DNA of 64,000 nt from the human T2T-CHM13v2.0 reference genome, Homo sapiens, in NCBI RefSeq assembly GCF_009914755.1, contig NC_060930.1. One strand, given 5' to 3'. The translations under genes were made by a program, and so were the position numbers. A model generated the notes under the pieces. The model was not told where the DNA came from. It made no database searches and saw nothing but the letters and a program-made list of their open reading frames with translations. Shown here piece by piece: positions 15,084 through 28,932 of this stretch. How positions within the stretch are numbered: position 1 is the first letter of the stretch; each line of letters opens with the position of its first letter.

Positions 15084-15677
15084 TAGTTTTAAAAGCTTAT
15101 AAGGTTGACTGGGTTTGGTGGCTCACTCCTATAATCCCATCACTTTGGGAGGCTGAGACAGGCAGATGGCTTGAGCTCAGGAGTTTGAGACCGGCCTGGG
15201 CAACATGGTGAAACCCTGTCTCTACTAAAAACACAAAAAATTAGCCAGGAGTGGTGGTGTGTGCCTGTGGTCCCAGCTACTCAGGGGCGTGGGGGGCTGG
15301 GGTTGGAGGATCTCTTGAGCCTGGGAGGCGGCTGTTGCTGTAATCCGAGATCATGCCATTGCACTCCAATCTGAGTGTCAGAAAGAAACCCCGTCTAAAA
15401 AAAAAAAAAAGTTTATAAAGTGATTGGGAAGCATTTTTCTGGATATGCAATCTGTCCAACTTTGCCATCAATCATAAAACGTTTCATTGCTTACTAATTG
15501 CTTACTACTCCAAAGCTGAAAACTATTGTAGAGGCGGTGAGGATACAGAAGTGTAAGATTACTGTGGTCTTCTAATAATGTAGAATCTAGTGTGGCAGGG
15601 CTGGACGCGGTGGCTCACGCCTGTAATCCCAGCACTTTGGAAGGCCGAGGCAGGCGGATCACGAGGTCAGGAGATCA

Positions 15678-15896
<219 letters not shown>

Positions 15897-16029
15897 TTAA
15901 AACTTTTGTCTTGCAGTACCTGGACTGGAGATCAAATTCTGATGTTAACTTACCGTTTGATCTTTGACAAGTCCTTTAGCCTTTCTAAGCCTGTTTCCCC
16001 AGCTGTAAAATGGGAATAAAATACAGTAC

Positions 16030-16320
16030 TGTCCCTCCAAAAAGAAGCTGAGGCAAAATCAGGCCAAGCTTGAGGACTGCAACCCAGGACCATAGATTCA
16101 AGCTGCCCTGAATATACACTCGGATTAGCAAGTTACAAGTAGGTTTTTAAAGGAAAAGAGGCAGCTCCTAAATTGTTTACCAATTTACATTAAAATATCG
16201 TGGGCTCTTGACTAGCTATACATTGTTCTTTGTATCTTAAATTTCAGAAACTTAAAGATAATGCGTAGGCAGCTAATCAGGAACAAAATGCCTTTAAACA
16301 ATTGCCCCAGGCATTAGTAG
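16030..16320 (-). mobile_element. ERV1 LTR fragment (MER67-like)
   Basis: AAGAAGCTGAGGCAAAA...GGCCAAGCTTGAGGACTGCAACCC...GCCTTTAAACAATTGCCCC. Family name from recall. Confidence 0.5.
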
Positions 16321-17439
16321 TGAAAGGAAGAGAATGACAGCCTGCCTACTTCGCAGAGCTGAGGTCTGATCTATTTTTCTTAGTACCTATTCGTAAGGGT
16401 TGTTGTGAGGTTAAAGTGAGACAATCTATGTAAAGAACAGTTCCTGGAACATAAATGCTTGATAAATTATGGCCACAATTCTTTTTTGTGGTTGAGCAGT
16501 GCGGGGAGATCGCGAAAAATTTCTATTTACGCGCAGCTAACAAAATACTCTATGTTGCAGAGCTGTTTCACTTTCTCCCTTTGAGACGCAAGCCGGCTTG
16601 CCGCCTCCTCAAGTAACCAGGCACAATGTTCTGATCCCAAAGTCTCACAATCCTTCAAGTATGAAATCAGTAAAAACTCCAACTTCCATTTATGGATTTA
16701 CGGAGAACTTTTTATACATCGAGGGGCTAATTCAATCAGTAAGTCACTTTGATTTTTACTCTGATCACCGAGACTAATAAGCAGCGATGCCGAACCAAGT
16801 AAATGAAAGAATCGTGAGCCATACTTCAGTAGATAAAATTTAAATGTAGACTGATTTTCTTCACGATTGCTAGGGAAGAAATCCTTACAGCGTACTTAGA
16901 AATCTTTGTTTTAAAATGATAACGCTGTTATGTTGGGCTGAAAATAAAACGGATACTTCCCCAAGGTCAGCAGCGGAGGAGGCAACCGTGGCCTTGCCAA
17001 AGTCATCCCCTCTTCCCAGCCCCCGTTCTTCCTGCCGCCCTCCCCCTGCCCCCTCCCTTCCCCACCCCCATCAACAAACTCCGCCGGGACATTTCAGTAC
17101 CACCACTCCCTAGCCCGGCGAAGCGCAGGGGCGTGCTGGGGAGGGGTAAAGAGGGTGGGGCGGAAACCCAATTTCATTGTTCGCGGGACCGATTCTTCCC
17201 AAAAGAGCTCGCTGGCAGCGCCTGCGCAGTGCGCCCTCTTTGTGCCAGGCTGCAGCAAGCTGGTTGTTTGTGTGTGTCTACCCGAAGCTGCGGAGGCGGA
17301 GCGAGGGGGCGTGGCCTGCCTTGTCGCACTCTAATTGGGCTTTCGCAGGAAAGTGGGCGGGCGCGGGGCGGAGCTTCCGATAACAACACTCGGAGCTGGG
17401 GCTGTGGTTATTTGTTGCTGCGCCGCCACCGCCCGAGTC

Positions 17440-17469
17440 ATGTTCCGCGATCTTCTCAGGCTCTCCTAG
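17440..17469 (+). other. Upstream ORF (MFRDLLRLS*) in the PNRC1 5' leader
   Basis: gtcATGt ... TAG, 9 codons, in the same frame as the main ATG 114 nt downstream. Requires the TSS to be upstream of 17440, which is not determinable here. Confidence 0.55.
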
Positions 17470-17553
17470 CAGCATCCATCGCCGCCACCCTATCTTCACT
17501 GGCTTCACCTTCTCCTTCTCTCTTCGTTGCTGAGCGACAAGCTTCCTAGCGCT

Positions 17554-18093
17554 ATGACTGTCGTCTCCGTCCCGCAGCGGGAGCCGCTCGTCCTGGGTGG
17601 CCGCCTTGCGCCGCTTGGCTTTTCCTCCCGAGGTTACTTTGGGGCCCTCCCGATGGTGACCACGGCTCCGCCTCCTTTACCCCGGATCCCGGACCCCCGG
17701 GCACTGCCCCCGACCCTCTTCCTCCCTCATTTCCTAGGGGGAGATGGCCCGTGTCTGACCCCCCAGCCTCGCGCTCCAGCAGCTCTGCCCAACCGCAGCC
17801 TCGCCGTGGCGGGAGGCACTCCTCGGGCAGCGCCGAAGAAGCGGCGAAAGAAGAAGGTGCGGGCCAGCCCCGCAGGGCAGCTGCCCAGCCGCTTCCACCA
17901 GTACCAGCAGCACCGGCCGAGTCTGGAGGGCGGCCGGAGCCCCGCGACCGGCCCGAGCGGAGCGCAGGAGGTCCCGGGCCCGGCCGCCGCCTTGGCCCCG
18001 AGTCCTGCAGCCGCAGCCGGCACGGAGGGAGCCAGCCCCGACCTTGCCCCGCTGCGGCCCGCGGCTCCCGGCCAAACCCCCCTCAGGAAAGAG
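17554..18093 (+). CDS. PNRC1: PNRC1 coding exon 1 (proline-rich nuclear receptor coactivator 1, aa 1-180)
   Basis: [17 protein letters not shown]..., Pro-rich, basic NLS/No[10 protein letters not shown] (17833-17856). Ends GAG|gtgagg, phase 0. Confidence 0.96.
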
Positions 18094-18224
18094 GTGAGGC
18101 CGCCAGGGGGCCGTTGGGGAGTCGGGCCCTTAGACGGTCGCGGCCGAGCTCTGGGGCTGCAGACCCTGCACCCGGGGGGTCGGGCGGGTGGGGGCGGGGT
18201 GGGGGGGGCGGCTGTTTACTCGGG

Positions 18225-18470
18225 AGGGAAGTTTCCGTGACGCCCGCTCCATTCTTGCTTTGGGGGAAGAAGGGGGAAGGGGAGGCATGCGCTGGCGCTT
18301 CTGATTGGCTCCCAGGAGTCGGCCAATGAGAAGCGCCGCTGCGCCCCAGCAACAGCCCCGATTTAGAAGGCTGGCGGCGTTCCAGGGGGTTTCGGCGTTC
18401 CGGGCGCGCGGCGGGGTGGGGGCAGGGACAGGGCCCGCGGGAGGGCTGACGTCAGCGCGCGCTACGTGCC
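18225..18470 (+). promoter_or_regulatory. Intronic regulatory cluster: inverted CCAAT pair, full CRE, HRE, kB-like site
   Basis: GGGAAGTTTCC ~18226, CTGATTGG 18301, GGCCAATGAG 18321, GCTGACGTCAGC 18445-18456, TACGTG 18463-18468. Confidence 0.6.
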
Positions 18471-19979
18471 CGGCGCTCCGGCGCCCATGAAGGAGGCGAG
18501 GCCGGGTGGGGGCAGCTGGGGAAGGACTGGGCCCGGCTTTCGGCCTCCCGGCTATCGGGAGCCCCAGTCCTAGTCGGTGAAACGCGGAGACGGCCTCTAA
18601 CGTCCCGCCGTAGGGGGTGGAGTGGGCTCCGAGCGGCTGGGTTTCGTTTGGTTGGAGTTGTGCCAAAATGTGAGGTGCCCGGTGTGGGACGCGCAGTCCA
18701 GTTGGGGCTCTGCCCGCCTCGGGCCTGACCTACTTAGTGGTTCCAAGTTAAGAGTTGGCAGGAGCCGCACAAAACTGATTTTATTACTTTTGCCACTGTG
18801 GTACTTCGTGTTAGTGTGTCCAGAGTAAGTTTTCAGAAGAGTTAGCAATTGAATTGACTTAGCCCGTCTGATTGCAGTGCTATTGCATTAGGATAAAATG
18901 GATAGAAGTTTAAATAGGATTAAGTCTACGAAATGATTTCAAAGTCTTGTCAGAATAACGTTTTATGGACTTAAGTTCAATGACTTAATCTTCGTAATAA
19001 TGAAATGAAAAAGTTCCCGTTATTTAGTGAAGAATGTTGCATTGAATTAGAGATTTGCGGTTTATCTGTGCCCTTGGGAAAAAATTTGCCCACCTTGTTT
19101 CTTTAAATTATCGTCTCAATGTCTCCCTTTTAAAATTCCACGACTTTTGAAATATCCGTGATTACCTAAAAGCTTTTGTGCTTGTTTCCTGGCCTGTTTT
19201 CTAGAACAGGTACTAACTAGGGAGCTCTGGCAGTGAACCTTATTGACGTGGAAAGTTGTGGTCCTCTTTCGTGTCGTGTCTTGCTTACTACCGCGTTACA
19301 AGTGTTGGTAGTGCAGTGATCTAGTGGATTACCTTACGCTTTTCCATCCTTTCAAGACTTCCTATAAGGCCCACTTAAGTTGGGAAAGATTAAGGTGAGT
19401 GAAGCAGCGTTCTTGAAGCAGTTACTAAACCAGAAAGGAGGTACACAGCAAAGATTGTTTCTGGCACTCGTATTTGGAAGAGAGCTCATTAGTCTTCCTT
19501 ACAGTTGTAGAAAGGTGGACTTGGGTTATTTCAGACTTTTTTTAGTTTGACATTTTAGAACTGGTTCACGTTGCATACTGGTAACTAGCAGTGGTGATTA
19601 ACTGCATTTTTAGTGGCGAACAAGAGTGAACTTAAAAGTCAAGGGAAATTTAAGTTTTTTGTTTTTTTTTTTTTTCTTGAGACAGAGTCTGCCTCTATCG
19701 CACTCCAGGCTGGAATGCAGTGGCACGATCGATCTCTGCTCACTGCATCCTCCCCTTCCCAGGCTGAAGGGATCCCGCCTCAGCCAGCCTCCCGAGGCGC
19801 GTGTTACCACGCCGGGCTGATTTTTATATTTGTAGTAGACATGGGGTTTCGCTATGTTGCCCAGGCTGGTCTCGAACTCCTTGAGCTTGAGCGATCTGCT
19901 TGCCTTGACCTCCCAAAGTGCTGGGATTACAGGCGTGAGCCACCATGCCCAATTAAAGTTTTTGTAATTTTCAGCTTTT

Positions 19980-20315
19980 ATTTTAGATCAAGGAGGTACT
20001 TGTGCAGGTTTGCTACATGGGTATATTTCGTGATGCTGAGGTTTGGAGTATGAATGATCCCATTCCAGGTAGTGAGCATAGTACCCAGTAGGTCCCCATC
20101 TCTCTCTCAACCCCCCTTCTAGTAGTGCCTAGTGTCTGTTGTTGTTCCCCACTATATCCATGTTGTACCCAGTGTTTAGCTCCCAAATTCACTTGTAAGT
20201 GAGAACTTGCGATATTTGGTTTTCTGTTTCTGCATTAATTCGTCTAGGGTAATGGCCCCCAGCTACATACGTGTTGTCACAAAGAACATAATTTTGTTCT
20301 TTTCTATGGCTGTGG
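19980..20315 (-). mobile_element. Older L1PA 3'-end fragment in the PNRC1 intron (preceded by an Alu at 19660-19950)
   Basis: GTGCAGGTTTGCTACATGGGTATA...CACTTGTAAGTGAGAAC...TTTCTATGGCTG antisense L1 3' UTR motifs. Confidence 0.75.
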
Positions 20316-20412
20316 GCAAACTTAAACACAACAAAACTAGATATGTGATATGAGGTTCATAACTGATTTTTATCTAGAAACTATATTTACTTTTGTGTTC
20401 TTGTCTTTGTAG

Positions 20413-20856
20413 GTTTTAAAATCAAAGATGGGAAAATCGGAGAAAATTGCCCTTCCCCATGGCCAGCTTGTTCATGGTATACACTTGTATGAGCAACCAA
20501 AGATAAACAGACAGAAAAGCAAATATAACTTGCCACTAACCAAGATCACCTCTGCAAAAAGAAATGAAAACAACTTTTGGCAGGATTCTGTTTCATCTGA
20601 CAGAATTCAGAAGCAGGAAAAAAAGCCTTTTAAAAATACCGAGAACATTAAAAATTCGCATTTGAAGAAATCAGCATTTCTAACTGAAGTGAGCCAAAAG
20701 GAAAATTATGCTGGGGCAAAGTTTAGTGATCCACCTTCTCCTAGTGTTCTTCCAAAGCCTCCTAGTCACTGGATGGGAAGCACTGTTGAAAATTCCAACC
20801 AAAACAGGGAGCTGATGGCAGTACACTTAAAAACCCTCCTCAAAGTTCAAACTTAG
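20413..20856 (+). CDS. PNRC1: PNRC1 coding exon 2 (aa 181-327)
   Basis: Acceptor tttgtag|GTT, then [11 protein letters not shown]...[22 protein letters not shown]...LKTLLKVQT*. Contains the YAGxxF/LPxP decapping-activator motif, SH3-binding SDPPSPS and an LxxLL NR box. Total 327 aa. Confidence 0.97.
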   Translation, partial: VLKSKMGKSEKIALPHGQLVHGIHLYEQPKINRQKSKYNLPLTKITSAKRNENNFWQDSVSSDRIQKQEKKPFKNTENIKNSHLKKSAFLTEVSQKENYAGAKFSDPPSPSVLPKPPSHWMGSTVENSNQNRELMAVHLKTLLKVQT

Positions 20857-22943
20857 ATTTCAGATTTCAGTATGTGTGTAAAACATAATTTTTCCCATAT
20901 CCCTGGACTCTTGAGAAAATTGGTACAGAAATGGAAATTTGCCTTGTTGCAACATACAATTGCAAAAGATGAGTTTAAAAAATTACATACAAACAGCTTG
21001 TATTATATTTTATATTTTGTAAATACTGTATACCATGTATTATGTGTATATTGTTCATACTTGAGAGGTATATTATAGTTTTGTTATGAAAGTATGTATT
21101 TTGCCCTGCCCACATTGCAGGTGTTTTGTATATATACAATGGATAAATTTTAAGTGTGTGCTAAGGCACATGGAAGACCGATTTTATTTGCACAAGGTAC
21201 TGAGATTTTTTTCAAGAAACAGCTGTCAAATCTCAAGGTGAAGATCTAAATGTGAACAGTTTACTAATGCACTACTGAAGTTTAAATCTGTGGCACAATC
21301 AATGTAAGCATGGGGTTTGTTTCTCTAAATTGATTTGTAATCTGAAATTACTGAACAACTCCTATTCCCATTTTTGCTAAACTCAATTTCTGGTTTTGGT
21401 ATATATCCATTCCAGCTTAATGCCTCTAATTTTAATGCCAACAAAATTGGTTGTAATCAAATTTTAAAATAATAATAATTTGGCCCCCCCTTTTAAAATA
21501 GTCTTGACTCTTTGTGTGTGACTGTTTCTCATGTTTGAATGTGTGACTAGGAGATGATTTTGTGTGGTTGGATTTTTTTGACTTCTACTTTACTGGCTGA
21601 GTGTGAGCCGCCATGCCTGGCCATAATCTACATTTTCTTACCAGGAGCAGCATTGAGGTTTTTGAGCATAGTACTTGACTACTCTAGAGGCTGAGACGGG
21701 AGCATCTCTTGAGCCTGAGAAGTGGAGATTGCAATTGAGCTAGGATCAGGCCACTGCACTCCAGCCTGGGTAACAGACGCTGTCTCAAAAAAAAGGCCAA
21801 GAGAAAGTAAGGGAGACAGATTTTGAGTGGGAATGTTAAGCAATCAGGTCAAGTAAAGAAGATCGAATATACAAAGGAACTTCTGTTTGATGTTTTGTGT
21901 GAGTCACCATTCCTTCCTTACAAATGCAGATACACCTTCCTCACAAATGGAAGGGAAGCTCATTTAGAAGTTTAGTTTGAAGATGCCCCCAATTTTTAGT
22001 CACCAATTTTAGCTTTTGTTAGTAACGTGTTGTAAATATTAATACTAATGACTGACTACAGTGAGTTCTGACATCTCTCCCAAATCAGTTTGTGATTCTA
22101 GAAAGGGACACATTAACAGGTTTTAACAACACATTTTTGCACATGGTTATAAAAATTCCTACACAATGTAATATAAGTCCTACCGCCTCAACCACCCTTC
22201 TTTCCTTGTCCAACATTTCTCAGCTCTTCTCATTTTGAGCAGTATGTCTGCAGTTTAATGTGTGAGGGCTTATGTGTAACGTATGTTCAGGAAATAGAAG
22301 GATAAATGGCAGAGCTGAAAGTTTAGGTGGGATGGGGAGAAAAGACAAATATAACTAAAATACAAGCTATATTCCCCACTCTACAACAACAAATGCCTGA
22401 AGAGAGAAAAAGGTAAAGTCTCTTAGGGTGAAGGGACTAATTTTGGTGAGAAAATTTTCTCTTTGGGAATCTGACACCTTAGAAAGTAACACTGAGTTGA
22501 GCTGGGCATGGTGGCTCACGCCTGTAATCCCAGCACCTACGGAGGCTGAGGCGGATGGATCACGAGGTCAGGAGTTCAAGACTATCCTGGCCAAGATGGT
22601 AAAACCTTGTCTCTACTAAAAATAGAAAAAAATTAGTCGGGCTTGGTGGCAGGCACCTGTAATCCCAGCTACTCAGGAGGCTGAGGCAGAAAATTGCTTG
22701 AACTCGGGAGGCGGAGGTTACAGTAAGTCGAGATCGCGCCACTGCATTCCAGCCTGGGTGACAGAGCAGGACTCCATCTCAAAAAAATGAAAAAAAAAAT
22801 AAACTGAGTTGAGCCTTAAAAGATAAGTATTTGACACACAAAAAAGGAAAAAAATTGTGAGGTAAAAGTTTGAGCAGATGGTGGTGTAAAAAGATGCACA
22901 ACGCTGAATCCCAGCACTTTGGGAGGCTGAGGCTGGTGGATCA

Positions 22944-23240
<297 letters not shown>

Positions 23241-23854
23241 TTAAAAGGTATATTGGGGTAAGAACACGAAGGGCCTTCAGTGTCACGCGGAAGAGCTTCA
23301 ACTTTATTTTGTAAGCATGGCAGTTCTCAAAGGTTTATGAGTAAGGGAATGGAATTCTTGCTTCAAAAAGAAAACGTAGAAATATGGAGGACAGCTTGAT
23401 AAGGGAAAGCTTGAAACAGATTACTTAGGTGAGGATATTTCAGTAGCTCAAAAGAGAAAAGGGCCTAGAGGGCATTATCAGAGGTATGGGCTTATTTGGG
23501 GGAATGTTTTAGAGCTAGAATTGAGGATTGAGCATCTGAATAGAGGGTAAGGAAAAGACTTGAAATTGAGCAAGTTGAAGGATAAATCTACCAATTAGGG
23601 GATTGCAGGGGGATCAGAATTATAAAGGAAGGTCATTTTGATTTGGCATGTTGAACTTTGGGGTGCCTCTAGGACATCCATGTGGAAAGGCACAGCAAGT
23701 AGATAGAAAATAGGTCAGATCCAGAGGTATGGCTTTGGTAAATAGTGCACAAAGCAGTAATTACAACAGGGAAATGAGAGTGGAATATTTTATCTCTATC
23801 CTTTTCTTTTTGTCTCATAAGATTTAATGCTTTTAGGCCAGGCACGGTGGCTCA

Positions 23855-24185
<331 letters not shown>

Positions 24186-25552
24186 TCAACTTCACTGTGA
24201 TAGTAGTTGAATTATAATTTCCTCATGAAACTTATATAGAGGTTGTTTTTTTTTCCGTACCTGTAAAAGTCTGTGTTAGCAGACAGTTCTAATTTAAATT
24301 CTGAATTCTGATAGCAGGGGCCCAGTTGGTGCAAAGGAGGAATAAAGTTTCCTTCCCTTTTCTACAATTTGAAATTGGGTGAAACTGATCTTTTGTAACT
24401 CTTTATCTCTTCTTGCAGCTCTCTCATCTCCTAATAACCCTCCTCATCTTATTGCTGGATAAACTATCCTTTGTTTTCGTGGGTGGAAGGCAATTTATAT
24501 GCAATCAATATCTGCTTCAGGTTGAAGGAATCAAGTATATGTATCCTTGGGTATGAAAGGCTGATAGTCCCATCATACTCCTATATTTAAATTTTTGAAG
24601 GACATTGCTAAACTAAATACATTTTAAAATCACAGAATTGCCTTGCTGAGTCTGATCCCTGAGCTAACTCCTCCAAGTTGTTTTCTCATTGTTGTACTTC
24701 TTTCCTTCTGAATCTAGAAATCTCCCGGAAACTGTTGCCTAAGTTTTCAAATGGGGAAAGAAAGTATGCCTGTGTTGTGAGATGAGATGGTGTAGGAGAC
24801 AGAATTGTGTAAACACAAATAATGTAATTCAGGAACTACTTGTTTTGTTAACTTGAATTATAAAAATACCAAATTCAATAACAATTTAAGATGTATAAAA
24901 GGTGTTGCATTTAGTGAGGGTCCACTGTTGAGATTTTAGAATTCATTTTCTAGAGCAGGGTTTATAATAATGTGGGCTTAGTGTAGAACTGGCTACACAA
25001 ATTTTAAATTCCCTCATTAAAGGAATAGCTTATCATAGATTATGTGGCATTAATCATAGTTTCTGAATTTAGTAATGGTAAAAAGGGACAAAGTGGGACA
25101 ATTGATAGAAGCAACCTACAAAATTTATGAAAGTCAGATACACATTTATCAAAGGAGGCTACATGTTCTATTCAAGCTGCATTTAATTAGAAGAGGTCAG
25201 ATAATCTTGAACATTTAACAATACTTTAAAAGACAAAATGACATTAAACAATGATAAAAATACCTCATTTCTCTAGTTATTCACACAATATTTTTATGAA
25301 TGTGGAAGAAAAGATTCAGGAAAGTTAAGTAATTTTTCTTAGTCTAATACAATTAGCATTCAGAAAAATATGTGTTATGTCTGGTTGTAAAGACACTAGA
25401 TGATAATCACACTCCTCCAAAGCTGGTTATATATACATGGCTGCTCCTACTAAATTATTACAGATAGTTCTCTTATTCCAAGATTAGAGTTTGTTAATCT
25501 GACATTGTCAAATGCAAATTACAAATGTGTTCTTGGCATCTTGGCATTTTAG

Positions 25553-25924
<372 letters not shown>

Positions 25925-27603
25925 TGAGTGGTGCGATCACAGTTCATTGCAACCTCTGCCTCCTGGTTTCAAGTGATGTTCCCACCTCAGCCTCCTGAGT
26001 AGTTGGGACTACAGGGACGTGGACATGTGGTTTCACTGTGTTGTCCAGGCTGGTCTCAAACTCCTGAGCTCAAGTGATCCACTGGCCTCGGCCTCGCAAA
26101 GTGTTGGTATTACAGGAGTGAGCCACCAAGCCCAGCCGAAAACGTTTTCCCTTTTTGTTTTCAGGGTTTTTAAGTGATTTCTTCCTTTTTGTAGCCATTT
26201 TGATGATTTTTGGTTATTTCCAATTGCAAATGTTTGATTTAAATTGAACTCACAATTGCCTACTAACAGTAAGATTTTTAAATACAAGATCTTTATTATT
26301 TCACTTTACTTGACAACATGGAATCAGAGGGCTTTTTGGTCCCATCAAACCTTTGGATAAGTTACAATTTGAGGGGATTTTCTAACTATAAAACAAGGGC
26401 TTTCAACAATCCCTTCCAAAGTTGAGCAAAATTAACCTTACTCTTCAAATGACTAGGCATTTAATGCTCTCAAATTTTAGAAAGGATTACTATCAAAGAC
26501 TGGAAATGTCCCTTTTCTACCAGACTTTCAAGGCTCTTAGAGTCGCTGTTCATTCAGTCCAGTCTCCTTAACCATCCAGGTCTATTTCTTAAGTTCCTGT
26601 AATCATGTGATGCCTGAGACCAGATCCTGAATTTCAAAAATAAGAAAACAGAATTGTTTATGAAAGGTATTCAACCAAGGTTTTCTGGCTGTACTTTAGC
26701 TAATTAGAATACCTCATGTATGAATATTCCAGGTTTTTTTTGAAATACTTTGTTAAATTCAAAATACTTGGGGGATAGATGGAAATATATGTGGCAAAGC
26801 AGGTGTAATTAACTGCTAACTGTAGAATCTAGGTAGTGGGTATATGGATGTTCCACTTTAAAATTCAGCTACATTTAACATTTTTTTATACTGAAGATTT
26901 TTATAATAAAGTGTTAAAGAAAATAGAGTTAGGGAAAATTAAGGCTGCTTTACTGGTTCACTCCAACATTATATATAATTTGAATATTTGCTTTTTTTTT
27001 TTTTTTTTACTAATAATTCTAAAAGCTCACTTATATGTAGCATACAGCACAAATAAGCTGATCTTATGAGGTTGTAAACTTTGAACCTTCTGAATGTTTT
27101 CCTCTGCATTTTCAAGTAGGTTGGCTAGTTGGTTATAACATCTAAAAAAACAGAACTCTAGTTAATGACAGAAACACCAAGGCCATTGTAAATAAGAGCT
27201 GAAAGATTAGAGAAACAATAACATATTTAAGCACTGGCTTATTTAGGAAATGTGACAGATAACATTTAATGTTAATGTTATCTGTTATGTTAATGTTAAC
27301 ATTAACATAAATGTTAATACTTGAAGAATAATTAGAGAAGGATAAAGAGGTAAATTGGGATTATAAAGATTCTGAAAAGGGCTTGGTTTGGTGCTCACGC
27401 CTGTAATCCCAGCACTTTGGGAGGCCGAGGCAGTAGGATCACTTGAGGCCAGGCATTTGAGACCTGGCAACGTAGTGAGACTATTTCTACAAAGATTCTG
27501 AAAGGGATTTATAACTGTCCGTGGTTTGAGAAGAGAGTTAAAGAAATGAAAGTGGAATAACAAACTGCAAGCAGCAAAAGGAAATGTGTTTATGAAGAAT
27601 GTC

Positions 27604-27920
27604 GCCAGGTACGGTGGCGCGTGCCTGTAGTCCCAACTACTTGGGAAGCTGCGGCAGGAGGATGGCTTGAGTCCAAGAGTTCTGGGCTGTACTGTGCTAT
27701 GCCAGTTGGGGGTCCACACTAAGTTCAGCATCAGTATGGTGACCTCCCAGGAAGGGGGACCACCAGATTTACTAATGAGGGGTGAACTGGCCCAGATTGG
27801 AAACAAGCAGGTCAAAACTCCTGCGCTGATCAGTAGTGGGATCATGCCTGCGAATAGCCACTGCACTCCAGTCTGGGCAACATAACAAGACCCTGTCTCT
27901 TAAAAAAGAAAAAAAAAAAA
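27604..27920 (+). pseudogene. Full-length 7SL (SRP RNA) processed pseudogene
   Basis: Alu-like 5' and 3' ends enclose the S domain (CACTAAGTTCAGCATCAGTATGGTGACCTCCC...GGTGAACTGGCCCAG...GCAGGTCAAAACTCC...GATCAGTAGTGGGATC), followed by an A tail; many CpG transitions. Confidence 0.93.
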
Positions 27921-28469
27921 GATGCATGTCCCCAGAAAAGAAAGGGGCTGACTGAGGGCTACTTAGCACTGAAGTGACTAGGGAGTAGAGTGTAAGGCAG
28001 TGTGCAACTCTTAACATTTCACTGTTTCCTGCCTTTTAAAGCCTTTAATGCTGAGTTAACACCAGTGGAGTAAATGAGATGCTAAAAGCATTGTATGAAA
28101 TTATTCCTTAAGTGATGTAGTTCCACTTTCTATGATAGACACTGAAACTACAATCTTTTGGTCAAAATAAAGGGTGGACAAGGTGTGGTCACAAAAGCCC
28201 AAATGAGTATCAGTTATATTTGACCACTGATAGGCAGCTCAGAGCTTTGTATATAAAGGACTATTTGTACTTTAGAATACAAAATTTTCATCCATGTTTT
28301 TAAGAAGATTATAATGGAGCATATATAGAAACCTGATACATGGCACTTAATGTGGTACTGCAGATCAAGTCCCAGAAACATCGCCATTACTGGTATTCAG
28401 TAATGGTGCTGGGACATTTGAATTTCTATATGAAAAAATATATGTAAATAAAAATATACATACCATTCT

Positions 28470-28562
28470 AGATTTGTGTAAGTACACTCTATGTTTGCAC
28501 AACAGAATCGCCTAACAATGTGTTTCTCAGAATGTATCCTGTCATTAAATGATCTATGACTA
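28470..28562 (-). mobile_element. Tigger3/MER7-like terminal fragment
   Basis: GTGTAAGTACACTCTATG...AATCGCCTAACAATGTGTTTCTCAGAATGTATCC. Confidence 0.6.
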
Positions 28563-28583
28563 TATCCATTAAAAACTGTAATG

Positions 28584-28932
<349 letters not shown>

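Larger units (their letters stand above)
16950..18730 (+). promoter_or_regulatory. PNRC1: PNRC1 CpG island and promoter
   Basis: Very high GC/CpG content. GC boxes (~17157, ~17366), NRF1-like GCGCCTGCGCA 17218-17228, E2F-like TTCGCGGGA ~17180, ATTGG ~17334. The island spans exon 1 and the start of the intron. Confidence 0.85.

Noticed and set aside
18094-18240. C-terminal part of the 237-aa ORF 17527-18240
   Set aside because: Read-through past the exon 1 donor (GAG|gtgagg) into the intron; the real CDS splices to 20413.
17133-18848. Multiple overlapping 60-192 aa ORFs around PNRC1 exon 1
   Set aside because: Expected in a CpG island; mostly non-ATG starts with low-complexity Arg/Gly/Ala/Pro translations.
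27285-28017. 193-aa and neighbouring ORFs
   Set aside because: Antisense translation of the 7SL pseudogene and an Alu fragment.
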